From an uncultured Pseudodesulfovibrio sp. (GTDB lineage: Bacteria > Desulfobacterota > Desulfovibrionia > Desulfovibrionales > Desulfovibrionaceae), in the NCBI GenBank assembly GCA_963677845.1, contig OY782498.1, positions 1,431,518-1,495,517 of the forward strand: DNA of 64,000 bases, written 5' to 3'. The stretch's first letter is position 1; every line of letters starts with the position of its first letter. Shown in pieces: positions 48,429-59,828 of the stretch. The position numbers and the translations under genes are program-made. Below the pieces are notes generated by a model. It saw only the letters and a program-made list of their open reading frames with translations, was not told where the DNA came from and did not search any database.

Positions 48429-50126
48429 CTACTCCATGGTCTTGATAATGTTGTCCAAACCGGCAAGTACATACTCAGATGTCATGGGCCGTCCGTCAAA
48501 ACGTAAAATGTACTCCCGAATCATAAATCCGGTTTCCTGAGCGATAAGTTTGGCAAATTGGCCGGTGGCATTGCCTTCCACTGTGACGACCATGCCTGAC
48601 TCCTCAAGATAATCAATAAACGTATCCTCAAGAAGCGGCCAAACCTGTTTAAAATGCAACACACCAATGCTCTTGCCTAAGTCCGCGGTATCCATAGCGT
48701 CTAGACACGCTCCAAGGGTGGAGCCCCATGAAACAAGCAAAATATCCGGCTTATCTTCTCCATAATAATCGGGCTCAATCACTTCATCCCAAAGACTGTA
48801 TTCTTTGTTCAACCGCTTGGTGTTTTGCATCATTCGGTTGAGGCCATCCTCGGTGATTATCGTATTCTCATCGTGTTCATGGGAATCAGCCCGCACCAAC
48901 GCTTTGGTGGAACCCGGCACCAATCGGGGCGACACACCATCTTCTGTCAATTGATACCGCTTGTAATCACCTTCATCGACATCAAGCATCGGGCGAGCTG
49001 TTTGAGGTAAATTTTCAATGTCAAAAGGCTTTAGAGAACGATAGGAATCCGCCAGATATTGATCGGATAATATAAAAACCGGCGTCTGAAACTGCTCGGC
49101 CAAATCAAAAGCCCTATGTGTCAAATAAAAGCATTCTTCCGGGTCTGCCGGAGCAAACACGGCTCGTGGAAATTCTCCGTGCCCGGCATAAAGCACCAGA
49201 TTGAGGTCTCCCTGCTCGGTCCGAGTCGCCATGCCTGTTGCTGGTCCGGGGCGCTGTACCACGACACAAACCAATGGAGTTTCAGAGACACCAGCCAGGC
49301 TCACACCTTCAACCATAAGCGCAAACCCGCCGCCCGAAGTAGTGACTATGGCTTTGGCTCCGGTAAAAGATGCTCCGATAGCCATGTTGACAGCCGCGAT
49401 CTCATCTTCGACCTGCTCATACATCAAACCAAGTGGGCCGCCCTTCTCGATGAGTGACATGGCAACCGTCGTAGCAGGCGTCATGGGGTAAAATGACAAG
49501 AAGTTACACCCAGCGGCCAAGGCTCCAAGAGCAATAGCTTCGTTGCCATTGACCATAATTTGCTTGCCATTTTCTTCGGGTGGCGCAAGACATGGGAAAT
49601 CGCACTTTTGCGATGCCACCCAAGTGTATGCAGCTTGAAGTACATCAATATTTGCCTGCACAACTTCATCGCCTTTCTTGGCAAATGCTTCAGAAAGGAG
49701 TTGTTCCAAAATCTTAATGTCATGACATACGACCGCACCAAGCACACCGAGAGCCACCGTATTGTAGAACAACGGCTTGGACGCCAACTCTTTGAAAGGA
49801 ATACGCAAGGCGTTAAAACCTTCTGTATCAATATCATCACCAGCAACAACTATTGCATCAGGATTAAGTCTTGCTTGATGAAGCTCCAAGGTCTCGGCAT
49901 TGAGGGCCACCAAAATATCAATGGCCTCGGTGGGGCCGACAATGGGGTCTGGGCCAAGCCGAATGGCAAAAGTGTTATGCCCTCCACGCACTCGTGACAT
50001 GTATTTCTGATTGACCAACAAATGGTAGCCGGACCGAGTGACGCCCTTGGACAAAAGACGACCTATGGTAGCCAATCCCTGCCCTGCCGCGCCGCCGATA
50101 ACGATATTGATACTTGTGTCTGCCAT
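48429..50126 (-). CDS. korA: 2-oxoacid:ferredoxin oxidoreductase alpha subunit with fused gamma domain
   Basis: Start moved to MADTSINIVIGGAAGQGL (gamma-domain signature; GAGGAA RBS), followed by an alpha domain (NGNEAIALGALAAGCNF..YPMTPAT). Confidence 0.85.
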   Translation of the reverse strand: MADTSINIVIGGAAGQGLATIGRLLSKGVTRSGYHLLVNQKYMSRVRGGHNTFAIRLGPDPIVGPTEAIDILVALNAETLELHQARLNPDAIVVAGDDIDTEGFNALRIPFKELASKPLFYNTVALGVLGAVVCHDIKILEQLLSEAFAKKGDEVVQANIDVLQAAYTWVASQKCDFPCLAPPEENGKQIMVNGNEAIALGALAAGCNFLSFYPMTPATTVAMSLIEKGGPLGLMYEQVEDEIAAVNMAIGASFTGAKAIVTTSGGGFALMVEGVSLAGVSETPLVCVVVQRPGPATGMATRTEQGDLNLVLYAGHGEFPRAVFAPADPEECFYLTHRAFDLAEQFQTPVFILSDQYLADSYRSLKPFDIENLPQTARPMLDVDEGDYKRYQLTEDGVSPRLVPGSTKALVRADSHEHDENTIITEDGLNRMMQNTKRLNKEYSLWDEVIEPDYYGEDKPDILLVSWGSTLGACLDAMDTADLGKSIGVLHFKQVWPLLEDTFIDYLEESGMVVTVEGNATGQFAKLIAQETGFMIREYILRFDGRPMTSEYVLAGLDNIIKTME

Positions 50127-50196
50127 AATTTCCTCGTGGCTGAGACCGAAAAAAACCGGAAGGGGCAAATCCCTTCCGGCACATTAGACTTAAGTT

Positions 50197-50703
50197 CTAC
50201 GCATTTGCCGGAGGTGTGAAAACCCGGGTGGCCAAGTCTCGATCCAGCATAAACAGTCCGCCGCCGTCACCGACCATTTTCATTTTGCCGACGATGTCGC
50301 CCACAGTGTCTTCTTCTTCCACCTGTTCAGCGATAAACCATTGCAAGAAGATGCCCACAGCGTGATTCTTTTCTTCAACAGCCAGATTGGCCAGATCATT
50401 AATCCGAGCAGTAACACCCTGCTCATGACTCAAAGCTTCCTCAAAAGCCGCCAATGGGGATTCCCACGAATATTCAGGAGCTTCAATGGTGCCGAGTTTG
50501 GCATGTCCGCCAGCTTCGTTGATATAATCAAAGAACTTCATGGCATGAAACATTTCTTCCTGATACTGCGCGTACATCCATTTTGAAATACCGGACATTC
50601 CCACCTGTGAAAAATGGGAAGACATAGAAAGATAGATGTGAGCGGAGTAGATTTCCCAATTCATCTGCGCGTTAAGCGCATCTTCCATTTTTTCGCTGAG
50701 CAT
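50197..50703 (-). CDS. ftn: Non-heme ferritin
   Basis: LNAQMNWEIYSAHIYLSMS, ferroxidase centre EEMFHAMKF; 168 aa. Confidence 0.9.
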   Translation of the reverse strand: MLSEKMEDALNAQMNWEIYSAHIYLSMSSHFSQVGMSGISKWMYAQYQEEMFHAMKFFDYINEAGGHAKLGTIEAPEYSWESPLAAFEEALSHEQGVTARINDLANLAVEEKNHAVGIFLQWFIAEQVEEEDTVGDIVGKMKMVGDGGGLFMLDRDLATRVFTPPANA

Positions 50704-50870
50704 AACTTACGTCTCCTTGGCTTTGTTATCATCTTGATTCCGAGCGTGTAATCATTCGTCGCCCGTCACGTACGCAAGACACAATGATAATCATTGTGAA
50801 TGAAAAAACCAGTGTATAATCCACCATTTTTTCAATTGTTTTGCAACTGATGAAAAGACTGTTGCAAATA

Positions 50871-53084
50871 CTAATATAACCTGTTTTCGGAAAAGATAGT
50901 CCGTATCCGATGGTCAAGATGGGTATGCCGCTTTCCTGCCGTGGCATTATTCAATCCAATCTGAAAAGCTCGATCCGAGCCGATAAGCACAGCCAATTCC
51001 CTCGCCCGCGTCAAACCGGTATACAACAAATTTCGTTGCAATAGCATATAATGCTGGGTCACGATTGGCATCACCACAGCGGGATATTCACTTCCCTGCG
51101 ATTTATGCACGCTCACAGCATATGCCAATCCAAGTTCATCCAACTCGCTGGACTCGATGTGCACAAAATTACCATCGAACTCTATAAGCAATTCATGAGA
51201 ATCTTCATCCACTTCAATAATCCACCCAAGATCGCCATTAAAGACTTCCTTGTCATAATTATTTTTAAGCTGGATGACACGATCTCCTTCTCGATACGTC
51301 ACATACTTTCGTTCAAGTTCCCGCTTTCCGCCCGGAGGATTCAAACGTTTCTGCAAGGCAAGATTCAAAGCCTGCGTACCGACGTCTCCCTTGTGCATGG
51401 GAGTAAGAACCTGAATATCTCGAAGCGGGTCCAAACCATACCGTTTGGGGATACGATCACACACGCTGTCGAGTATGAGCTTTTGAACCTTGAGCGTATT
51501 TTCCTGTGGTATCCAGTAGAAATCCGCTTCCGGGGCCTGACACGGGTGCTGACGCGGAAACTGTCCGTTGTTAATCCGGTGGGCATTGACAACGATAAAA
51601 CTTTCTTGCGCCTGTCTGAAAATATGGGTCAAAACAGCGCACGGTATTTTGTGCGAATCAATCAAATCGCCAAGAACATTTCCCGGCCCGACACTGGGAA
51701 GCTGGTTGACATCTCCTACCAGAATCAAGCGACAGGTATGCGGCAACGCGCGTAGAATCGCCACAAATAACTGCGCATCCACCATGCTCGCTTCATCAAC
51801 GACCAACACGTCCGCCTTGAGCTTTTGATCCTCGCAATAATGAAAACCGCCGTCCGGTTGATATTGCAAAAGTCGGTGCAATGTCTTGGAGGGATGCCCA
51901 GTCGCCTCGGCCATACGTTTGGCTGCCCTGCCCGTCGGAGCCGCCTGTTTAATCTTGAGGCCCAGTTCTTTCAAAGTGAGCATGATCGCCTTGGTAATCG
52001 TTGTTTTACCAGTACCAGGACCGCCGGTAATGATGAAAACCTTATTACTACATGCTTCAAACACGGCTTCACGCTGTTCGTCGGACAACGTAAACCCAAG
52101 CGTTTCCTCGACACGCGGCAATGTCTTGTCGATCTTTTTTCGACTGACGGGCGTGGGGTGACTAACGAGCTGATACAACCGTTGTGTAGATTCATTCTCA
52201 TAATGATAGAAATACATCAGATACACAGCTTCGGAAATATTTTGCTCGGACAAGTCTTCAATGCGTATCCGCTTTTTCTCTTCCAACGAATACAGAGCCA
52301 GTTCAAGTTTCTCAATATCAGAAGTATCGAGCATTCGGGCTACATCTTCGAGCAACTTGGGCTTGGGCAAAAACAAATGCCCACCCCGCTCGCAACTGGT
52401 AAGCATCGTGTAGGCGAGAGCCGCCTCCAACCGCTGCGCGCAGTCATGATCGAACCCAAGCTTCATGGCCATCTGGTCCGCTGTACGGAAGCCGACTCCC
52501 CGAATTTCATAGGCTAGATCATACGGATTTTCTCGCAACTTGCGCTCGGCCTGTGCGCCATAAAGATGAAAAATCTTCCCGGCAAATGTCGTGGGGACAT
52601 TATGCGTCTGCAAAAATACAAGCAGGTTCTTAATTTCCCGCTGTTTTCCCCAAGATTCAATGATATCAACGAGTTTTTTCTTCGAAATTCCACGCACTTT
52701 GAGAAGCTTTTCCGGGTCGTCATCCAGAATATCCAACACCTCAATGCCGAATTCTTCCACTAATCTCGTGGCGGTTTTTTCACCAACACCTTTGATGGAA
52801 GATTGCAAAAAACGAATAACTCCGTTCTCTGTCGCCGGACGAGTCTGTTCAAATGTCGAGACCTCGAATTGACGACCAAATTTCGGATGCATAAGCCATT
52901 TGCCGTGCAAATCCAAAGACGCACCGGCAGCCAGTTCGCCCAAAGTACCGACGATGGTCGTCTGACCGGGTTCATCTTTCACACGGACACGGGCAATCGT
53001 GTACCCATTTTCCTTGTTATGATAAATGACTGTCTGAACTTCCGCGCCAGACAAGTAGGAAAGTTGATCGTCGCTCATGGACAC
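50871..53084 (-). CDS. recD2: RecD2-type (RecD-like/YrrC) SF1 5'-3' DNA helicase
   Basis: NGYTIARV OB-like N-terminus, HhH region, ITGGPGTGKTT Walker A, LVVDEASM, VGDVNQLPSVGPG and SVHKSQGSE motifs. Confidence 0.9.
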   Translation of the reverse strand: MSMSDDQLSYLSGAEVQTVIYHNKENGYTIARVRVKDEPGQTTIVGTLGELAAGASLDLHGKWLMHPKFGRQFEVSTFEQTRPATENGVIRFLQSSIKGVGEKTATRLVEEFGIEVLDILDDDPEKLLKVRGISKKKLVDIIESWGKQREIKNLLVFLQTHNVPTTFAGKIFHLYGAQAERKLRENPYDLAYEIRGVGFRTADQMAMKLGFDHDCAQRLEAALAYTMLTSCERGGHLFLPKPKLLEDVARMLDTSDIEKLELALYSLEEKKRIRIEDLSEQNISEAVYLMYFYHYENESTQRLYQLVSHPTPVSRKKIDKTLPRVEETLGFTLSDEQREAVFEACSNKVFIITGGPGTGKTTITKAIMLTLKELGLKIKQAAPTGRAAKRMAEATGHPSKTLHRLLQYQPDGGFHYCEDQKLKADVLVVDEASMVDAQLFVAILRALPHTCRLILVGDVNQLPSVGPGNVLGDLIDSHKIPCAVLTHIFRQAQESFIVVNAHRINNGQFPRQHPCQAPEADFYWIPQENTLKVQKLILDSVCDRIPKRYGLDPLRDIQVLTPMHKGDVGTQALNLALQKRLNPPGGKRELERKYVTYREGDRVIQLKNNYDKEVFNGDLGWIIEVDEDSHELLIEFDGNFVHIESSELDELGLAYAVSVHKSQGSEYPAVVMPIVTQHYMLLQRNLLYTGLTRARELAVLIGSDRAFQIGLNNATAGKRHTHLDHRIRTIFSENRLY

Positions 53085-53093
53085 TCTTTTCGG

Positions 53094-53699
53094 CTAAATT
53101 TTTTGCCGGTGAACGAGAGACTGTTTGAGAGTCTCTTTGTCCATGAATTTGACTTCCGCGCCAATGGGTATGCCCTGCGCCAAGCGGCTCACAGACACCT
53201 CAGGGAATTCGGACTCCACCAGATTTTTCACATAGGATGCGGTCGCTTCAGCGTCCAGCGTGGCGCCAAGGGCAAGAATCAATTCGGAGATTTCACCTGT
53301 CGCCAACCGACGACGAAGCCTATCCACCTCAAGATGCCCCGGTTCAACCCCATCCAACGGCGACAACAAGCCGCCGAGGACAAGATATTTCCCGCGATAA
53401 ACACCCATTTCTTCCATGGCGAGAAGCGCATCCCATTCCGGCACGAGACACAGTTGAACCGATTCTCGGGATGGATCCGCACAGATAGAACAGGGGCTGG
53501 ATTCCGCCAAGCAGGCGCAATCGTCACAAAGACAGAGTCGTTCACGAAGCTCGACAATAGACTGCCCTACTCCCCGAGCCTTTTCCCTTGGCATCTTAAG
53601 TAATGTCAACGCAATACGTAAAGCCGACTTAGGGCCAATACCAGGCAGGCTGGAGAGTTGATCGACCACTTCCTTGAGTGGCCCAGGAAGATTCTGCAA
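53094..53699 (-). CDS. recR: Recombination protein RecR
   Basis: LPGIGPKSALRIA HhH, Cys4 zinc motif (C..C..C..C), Toprim region. Confidence 0.95.
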   Translation of the reverse strand: MQNLPGPLKEVVDQLSSLPGIGPKSALRIALTLLKMPREKARGVGQSIVELRERLCLCDDCACLAESSPCSICADPSRESVQLCLVPEWDALLAMEEMGVYRGKYLVLGGLLSPLDGVEPGHLEVDRLRRRLATGEISELILALGATLDAEATASYVKNLVESEFPEVSVSRLAQGIPIGAEVKFMDKETLKQSLVHRQKI

Positions 53700-53707
53700 A
53701 TCAGTTC

Positions 53708-54019
53708 CTAAAACATACCGGGGATATTCATACCGCCGGTTATGCCCTTCATTTCTTCTTCCATCATTTCCTTGGACTTCTTGATCGCTTCATTGGCAGC
53801 GGTCATGACGAGATCCTGCAGCATTTCGACATCTCCAGCTTCCATGACGGAATCTTCGATCAGTACTTCGACAACTTCCTGTGCACCGGAGACCTTGACC
53901 TTGACCATGCCTCCACCGCTGGATGCTTCAACAATCTTGCTCTTCAGGCCTTCCTGAGTCTCAGACATCTTGCGCTGCATGATCTGGGCCTGACGGATCA
54001 TTTCATTCATACCTTTCAT
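53708..54019 (-). CDS. ybaB: YbaB/EbfC nucleoid-associated protein
   Basis: MNEMIRQAQIMQRKM..GGGMVKVKVSG..; lies between dnaX and recR. Confidence 0.9.
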   Translation of the reverse strand: MKGMNEMIRQAQIMQRKMSETQEGLKSKIVEASSGGGMVKVKVSGAQEVVEVLIEDSVMEAGDVEMLQDLVMTAANEAIKKSKEMMEEEMKGITGGMNIPGMF

Positions 54020-54043
54020 TATATACTCCTCAATCGTATTCGT

Positions 54044-55891
54044 TTATTGTTTACGGGCATTTACCGAAATAATCTGAGCGCCGAACGTTTCAATAATCTT
54101 GTTGACGGCCGGATTATTTTCGGCATCCTCCATGAGTTGTTTGTCCGATTTGGGCACGACAATATTGCCTGTTTCAACTCGAACCTCAACCCCTGGATCA
54201 AAATATTCTTTCGTTAACAATTCAAGCGCATTAAACGTATTCTTTTCCGTCAACTGCCCACACAGTGTTTTGGATCTACACGTCACGACCAGCTCGTTGT
54301 TCGCAAGCTCTCCCTTTGTCAGATGCAACATGCTTACCTTAACACCGGCTTGTCCATTTCGTTCTTCCACAAACGCCAAAAAGCCTTTCCAACTTTTGGG
54401 ACCGGATAACGAAGCTGAAACCGACACCGACGGTGTTACTGTTTCAGCTATTGGAGCAGCATCAGACGGCATCACCGCCGCTGGCTCAGGCTCCTTTGGT
54501 GCTGTAGGAGAAGCCGGAGGTTCGGCTGCTCTTGCAGGCGCAGCCTGCGGAGACGCTTGCCGTGGGGGCATCTGGGGTCTTTGTTGTGCTTGTTGTGGAG
54601 CTTGAGGTCGAGATTGTTGCATGGAAGGCGCTGCCTGAGGCGGAGAAAAACGCTGGCCGTTAGCAGGTGCACCACCTTGGCCCTGTCCTTGTCTGAACCC
54701 AGCACCCGGCCCGCCCTGCATTCCACCAGAACCACCCATTGGACGTTGTGGTGTATTTGAAGCCGGAGCCTGTGCAGACACGGATTCAAGACGAATCAAT
54801 TCGGGAAGACTGGTCAAGTTCAACAACAAAAGTTCCAAAGCCAATGCAGGTTCAAGACTGGTCATAACCTTGCGTTGACCGTCCAATGTCATCTGCCAGC
54901 ACGCATGAATATGCGCGGGTTCAAATTTTCCAGCCCAGTCCATCCAACTGGTAGCTTCTTCGCCGGACAAACCAAGAAGTGGCAATGCCTCTTCGCCAGC
55001 CTGTCTAAGTAAAAACATGTTACGCCAGCAATTGGTCAACTCACGCAAAAAGAATCCAAGATCAAGTCCCTGATCAAGCACCTGACGGAGCACGTATCCG
55101 ACTGAAACAAGGTTGCGCGAATGCATGGCCTCCATCAAGCCGAAGAAAACATCCTGACCAGCCAGACCAAGGAAGCCACGTACATCCTCTTCCTTGAGCA
55201 CATCTTCACCCATAGCGAGAGCCTGCCCCAATAAAGACATGGAGTCGCGTACACTTCCAGCACCACGCTTGGCGATGATCTGTAATGCGCCGGGTTCAAA
55301 CTGCAACCCTTCCAGATTCATTATTTTTTCAAGGTGATTCACCAGTTCGGACTGAGTCAGCATCTTAAAGGTATAATGCTGGCAACGGCTAATAATTGTT
55401 GCCGGAAATTTATGATGCTCAGTTGTCGCCAAAATAAATGTCGCTCGCGGCGGCGGCTCTTCCAACGTCTTAAGAAGCGCGTTAAACGCTTCTTTGGTAA
55501 GCATGTGCGCCTCATCGATGATAAAGACTTTGTAACGGCATTCTATCGGCGCATAGCCTATATCTTCCTTCAACCGGCGAGCATCATCAATACCACGATT
55601 GGATGCGCCATCGATTTCAATAACGTCTACAGCAACGCCGGCAGTAATCTGCTTGCAATTTGCGCATTCATTACACGGCTCCCCGGTGGGAGCATTCACA
55701 CAGTTCAGTGCCTTGGCAAAGATGCGAGCGATTGTGGTTTTACCCACCCCGCGAGTGCCAGAAAAAAGATAAGCAGGCGCAATCTTGTCCTGAGCGGCAG
55801 CCCGGGAAAGAATAGATTTGATTGCTTTTTGTCCGGCAACGTCTTCAAACGTCTGGGGACGATACTTCGCTGTGAGATTCGATGTACTCAT
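54044..55891 (-). CDS. dnaX: DNA polymerase III subunits gamma/tau
   Basis: KYRPQTFEDVAGQ, GTRGVGKTT, zinc module CNECANC, FIIDEAHML, and a Pro/Gln/Ala-rich tau linker. Confidence 0.95.
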   Translation of the reverse strand: MSTSNLTAKYRPQTFEDVAGQKAIKSILSRAAAQDKIAPAYLFSGTRGVGKTTIARIFAKALNCVNAPTGEPCNECANCKQITAGVAVDVIEIDGASNRGIDDARRLKEDIGYAPIECRYKVFIIDEAHMLTKEAFNALLKTLEEPPPRATFILATTEHHKFPATIISRCQHYTFKMLTQSELVNHLEKIMNLEGLQFEPGALQIIAKRGAGSVRDSMSLLGQALAMGEDVLKEEDVRGFLGLAGQDVFFGLMEAMHSRNLVSVGYVLRQVLDQGLDLGFFLRELTNCWRNMFLLRQAGEEALPLLGLSGEEATSWMDWAGKFEPAHIHACWQMTLDGQRKVMTSLEPALALELLLLNLTSLPELIRLESVSAQAPASNTPQRPMGGSGGMQGGPGAGFRQGQGQGGAPANGQRFSPPQAAPSMQQSRPQAPQQAQQRPQMPPRQASPQAAPARAAEPPASPTAPKEPEPAAVMPSDAAPIAETVTPSVSVSASLSGPKSWKGFLAFVEERNGQAGVKVSMLHLTKGELANNELVVTCRSKTLCGQLTEKNTFNALELLTKEYFDPGVEVRVETGNIVVPKSDKQLMEDAENNPAVNKIIETFGAQIISVNARKQ

Positions 55892-56163
55892 TGGTATGCC
55901 TGATGCTTAAACGTGGAATTCATACTCGCCTGATAAAACAGAACTAAAACGGGGAAGCCCGATATTCCGCGTCGAATTTCACCATTAATATCAGATGATG
56001 GTCCGACTTTCTAGACTTTCTATCAACCCAGTTTTCAATCTTGTTTGTTACTCTGTTTTTTCAAAAAACTGAACAAACAAGATCAACCCCTCGCGTACTC
56101 GATTGTACGCAAGAGGCTGATCTATGTTTCAAAACAACGCACTTCACACGCGTATATCTTTCA

Positions 56164-57087
56164 TTAGATAGAATAACGATGGAGCCAATGTTCGTAATCC
56201 GGATTCTCACCCTTGACGATCTTGAAGTACTCGGTTTGCAGCATCATTGCCACAGGACCAGCCTTGCCCTCGCCTATTTGACGACGATCAATAGAACTGA
56301 TGGGCGTCAGTTCAGCCGCAGTGCCCGTAAAAAAGACCTCGTCGGCCACGTATAGCATGTCACGGGTGATCGGTTCTTCTCGGACCTCATATCCGAGATC
56401 GTTTGCCAAAGAGATGATGGAGTTACGGGTCAAGCCGCCCAGTACGCCATCGGAGTGCGGAGTGTAAATAACGTCATCCACAACCATAAAAATATTTTCG
56501 CCAGACCCTTCGGACACATGACCTGTGGTATCAAGTAAAATAGCCTCGTGATAACCGTCGGCCACGGCTTCGGTCTTGGCAAGTACGGAGTTTACATAGT
56601 TACCACACGCCTTGGATTTGGTCATCATGACATTGACATGATGACGATTGAACGAACTGCATTTGACGGCAATACCATTTACCAATGCGTCATCGCCAAG
56701 GTACGCACCCCATGGCCATGTTGCGATAATGGTGCGAATAGGGTTGTCGCCGGGATGCACACCCATGGCACCGTCACCAATGAAAACCAGAGGACGGACA
56801 TAGGCTCCGGCCAACTTGTTTCGCTTCAGGGTATCAATGGCAGCATCGGTCAATTCTTCTGCCGTATACGGAACCTTGATGCCCAATATCTTGGCAGAAT
56901 TAATCAGACGAACCATATGTTCATCAAGTCGAAAGACTTCTGAAGATCCGTCCGCGCACTCATACGCACGGATGCCTTCGAAAACACCAGCGCCGTAATG
57001 AAGTGTGTGAGTCAGGACGTGAACATTTGCCTCGTCCCAGGGGACCTGTTTACCGTCGAACCAGATGGTTTCGGATTTCTGGACCAT
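56164..57087 (-). CDS. ilvE: Branched-chain amino acid aminotransferase
   Basis: Start moved to MVQKSETIWFDGK (AAGGAG RBS). LHYGAGVFEGIRAY and FFTGTAAELTPI motifs. Confidence 0.9.
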   Translation of the reverse strand: MVQKSETIWFDGKQVPWDEANVHVLTHTLHYGAGVFEGIRAYECADGSSEVFRLDEHMVRLINSAKILGIKVPYTAEELTDAAIDTLKRNKLAGAYVRPLVFIGDGAMGVHPGDNPIRTIIATWPWGAYLGDDALVNGIAVKCSSFNRHHVNVMMTKSKACGNYVNSVLAKTEAVADGYHEAILLDTTGHVSEGSGENIFMVVDDVIYTPHSDGVLGGLTRNSIISLANDLGYEVREEPITRDMLYVADEVFFTGTAAELTPISSIDRRQIGEGKAGPVAMMLQTEYFKIVKGENPDYEHWLHRYSI

Positions 57088-57306
57088 TGATGATCTCCTT
57101 ATTGTATTATGGCGCGCTCGCCGATCTATTCTTGAGTTGAATATGGACGCTAAGAAAATCTCCTTCATAGGTCAAGATACTAAACCTAAACCATTTGAAC
57201 AGGAACATTGATTGCCATTCAATTTCAGCCATTTTCATTTTGACAGTGCAGTAAGTGGAGAGTAAGAAATCTGGATTGAACTATTATATTTTAGGAGTTT
57301 TACGTC

Positions 57307-58518
57307 ATGTCCAAGTTTGCAAGAGTCGATAGACTGCCCCCGTATGTTTTTGCTCAGGTCAACGAATTGAAAATGAAGATGCGCCACGCGGGCGCGGATA
57401 TCATTGACCTTGGCATGGGCAATCCTGATGTGCCCACCCCCAAGCCCATCCTCGACAAACTGACTGACGCGGCGCACAAAGCCGGTAACTCTAAGTATTC
57501 AGCGTCGAAAGGCATCAAGGGTTTACGCCACGGAATCCGTGACTGGTACTACCGTCGCTATAATGTTTCTCTAGACGCTGACCGCGAAGTCTGTGTCACC
57601 ATGGGAGCGAAGGAAGGCTTGGCCCACCTTGCGCTGGCCATGCTTTCCCCTGGTGATGTCGTTCTGGCACCGGACCCAGCCTACCCGATTCACCCGTATG
57701 CTTCCATCATTGCTGGTGCAGACGTACGTCGTGTACCCATCGGCCCCGGTCAGGATTTCTTTGAAAATCTGGAAACCGCTGTCTCCCACACATGGCCCAA
57801 ACCCAAGTTGTTAATCATCAACTTCCCGCACAACCCGACCACACAGTGCGTGGACTTGAGCTTTTTCCAGCGTATCGTTGATTTCGCTAAAGAACATGAC
57901 CTCTACGTCATTCATGACTTCGCCTATGCGGATTTCGTATTCGACGGTTACGAAGCCCCCAGCTTCATGCAGGCCGAAGGCGCTCGTGACGTAGGTGTCG
58001 AATTCTTTTCCATGACCAAAAGTTATTCCATGGCTGGTATGCGCGTTGGTTACTGCGTCGGTAACCCGGAAATGGTCAATGCTCTGACTCGTATCAAGAG
58101 TTACCTTGACTACGGTATTTATCAGCCCATTCAGATCGCTGCCGCCTGCGCCCTCAACGGTGACCTTGAGGATGATCCCAAGTTCACACAGGACGACATG
58201 GACGCATCGGTCAAGGAAATCATGGCCGTGTATGAAGATCGTCGTAACGCCTTGTGCGAAGGCCTCAACCGCATCGGCTGGGAAGTGACACCACCCAAGG
58301 CAACCATGTTTCTGTGGGCCGCCATTCCTGACGAATTTAAAAAGATGGGTTCCGTTGAATTCTCCAAGATGCTCTTGCAAGAAGCAGAAGTCGCAGTCTC
58401 GCCCGGCCTTGGTTTCGGCCAGTACGGCGACGACCATGTCCGCTTTAGTTTTGTCGAAAACCGACATCGCACCAATCAGGCAGTCCGCAACCTGCGCAAA
58501 TTCTTCGCAAAGGGGTAA
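57307..58518 (+). CDS. Class I PLP aminotransferase, AlaC (YfdZ)-like
   Basis: [38 protein letters not shown] closely parallels the AlaC N-terminus. The [18 protein letters not shown]-Lys motif is present. Confidence 0.75.
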   Translation: MSKFARVDRLPPYVFAQVNELKMKMRHAGADIIDLGMGNPDVPTPKPILDKLTDAAHKAGNSKYSASKGIKGLRHGIRDWYYRRYNVSLDADREVCVTMGAKEGLAHLALAMLSPGDVVLAPDPAYPIHPYASIIAGADVRRVPIGPGQDFFENLETAVSHTWPKPKLLIINFPHNPTTQCVDLSFFQRIVDFAKEHDLYVIHDFAYADFVFDGYEAPSFMQAEGARDVGVEFFSMTKSYSMAGMRVGYCVGNPEMVNALTRIKSYLDYGIYQPIQIAAACALNGDLEDDPKFTQDDMDASVKEIMAVYEDRRNALCEGLNRIGWEVTPPKATMFLWAAIPDEFKKMGSVEFSKMLLQEAEVAVSPGLGFGQYGDDHVRFSFVENRHRTNQAVRNLRKFFAKG

Positions 58519-58520
58519 GT

Positions 58521-59819
58521 ATGGACGTTATTAAACTCGGTCTTGGCGGTTTCGGCACAGTCGGATCTGGTCTGGCAAAAATTCTGGACAGCAATGCACA
58601 ACGCATTGAAAAAAGACTCGGCAAACGCATTGAAATCAGATCAGTACTTGTGCGCGATCTGACCAAGAAACGTGCCTTTGATCCGGGTCCGAACGTCACT
58701 TTTACCGATGACCCAAACGTACTGGTCAATGATCCAGATATTGATATCGTGGTCGAACTCATGGGTGGTCTCGACACAGCAAAAGACTTGGTACTCAAGG
58801 CTTTTGCCGCAGGCAAACATGTAGTCACAGCCAACAAGCATCTTTTGGCCGAACATGGACTGGAACTTTTCGACGCGGCCCGAGAACACTCCACAGGCCT
58901 TATGTTCGAAGCAAGTTGTGCCGGTGGCATTCCTATTGTTCAGACCTTGAAAGAAAGTCTGGCCGGAGATGAAATCACACAAATGCTTGGTATCATGAAT
59001 GGTACAGCCAATTATATCCTGTCTGAAATGACCACCAAGGGGCTGGATTTTGAAACAGCTCTGGCTGACGCTCAAGATCTTGGGTATGCCGAGGCCGACC
59101 CAACCTTTGATATTGAAGGTTTTGACACAGCGCATAAACTTTGCGTGCTTATTCGCATGGCTTATGGTGTCGACTATCCTCTGAATGAAATCCCCATTCA
59201 AGGAATCACCGGGGTCACCCCCATGGACATTCAATTCGCTCGCGAATTCGGCTACCGTATCAAATTGCTGGCTCATGTCATGGACGTGGACGGCAAATTG
59301 GAAGCGGGTGTCCATCCGGCTTTGGTGCCATATACTTACTTGTTGGCTCGTGTGGGCGGCAACTACAATGCCGTACGACTGGAAGGCAACGCGGTAGGGC
59401 CGATCATGTTGCATGGTCAAGGTGCCGGAGATCTCCCGACGGGCAGTGCCGTGTTGGCAGACATCCTGAATATCGTCCGTAATGTTGGAAAAGGATGCCC
59501 TGCACCGGATAATACCGGTTTCAGAAATCAACCCCTGACAAAAGCGAATATTCTTCCACCAGAAGATTCAGAATCCAAATATTACTTCCGTTTCACCGTT
59601 GCCGACCGCACAGGTGTCATGGCCGCCATCACCAAATCTATGGCGACTCACGGCATTTCCATTGCGCAGGCCGTACAAAAAGGCGAAGCCGGAGCCGAAG
59701 GTGTGCCATTGGTGATAGTCAGTCATGAGACCCCTGCTAAAGCAGTAACTGCCATGATTGAAGAAATGGACGCCATGGATTTCACCGTCGAACCCTGCGT
59801 CAAATTTAGAATACTTTAG
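58521..59819 (+). CDS. hom: Homoserine dehydrogenase with a C-terminal ACT domain
   Basis: GLGGFGTVGSG, VVTANKHLLA, GIMNGTANYIL and DVxGxD-like motifs. Confidence 0.9.
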   Translation: MDVIKLGLGGFGTVGSGLAKILDSNAQRIEKRLGKRIEIRSVLVRDLTKKRAFDPGPNVTFTDDPNVLVNDPDIDIVVELMGGLDTAKDLVLKAFAAGKHVVTANKHLLAEHGLELFDAAREHSTGLMFEASCAGGIPIVQTLKESLAGDEITQMLGIMNGTANYILSEMTTKGLDFETALADAQDLGYAEADPTFDIEGFDTAHKLCVLIRMAYGVDYPLNEIPIQGITGVTPMDIQFAREFGYRIKLLAHVMDVDGKLEAGVHPALVPYTYLLARVGGNYNAVRLEGNAVGPIMLHGQGAGDLPTGSAVLADILNIVRNVGKGCPAPDNTGFRNQPLTKANILPPEDSESKYYFRFTVADRTGVMAAITKSMATHGISIAQAVQKGEAGAEGVPLVIVSHETPAKAVTAMIEEMDAMDFTVEPCVKFRIL

Positions 59820-59828
59820 AGATAGATA

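Noticed and set aside
54044-55891. Programmed -1 frameshift site (A-AAA-AAG) in dnaX to produce the gamma subunit.
   Set aside because: No A AAA AAG heptamer is present in the coding strand. The only A-run maps to the opposite strand within the Walker A region.
55892-56163. SRP (4.5S/ffs) RNA upstream of dnaX, as found in some bacteria. A long hairpin lies at about 56041-56082 and a GC hairpin at about 56088-56135.
   Set aside because: No GGAAGCAGCC-type SRP domain IV motif occurs on either strand. The hairpins are adequately explained as the ilvE terminator region.
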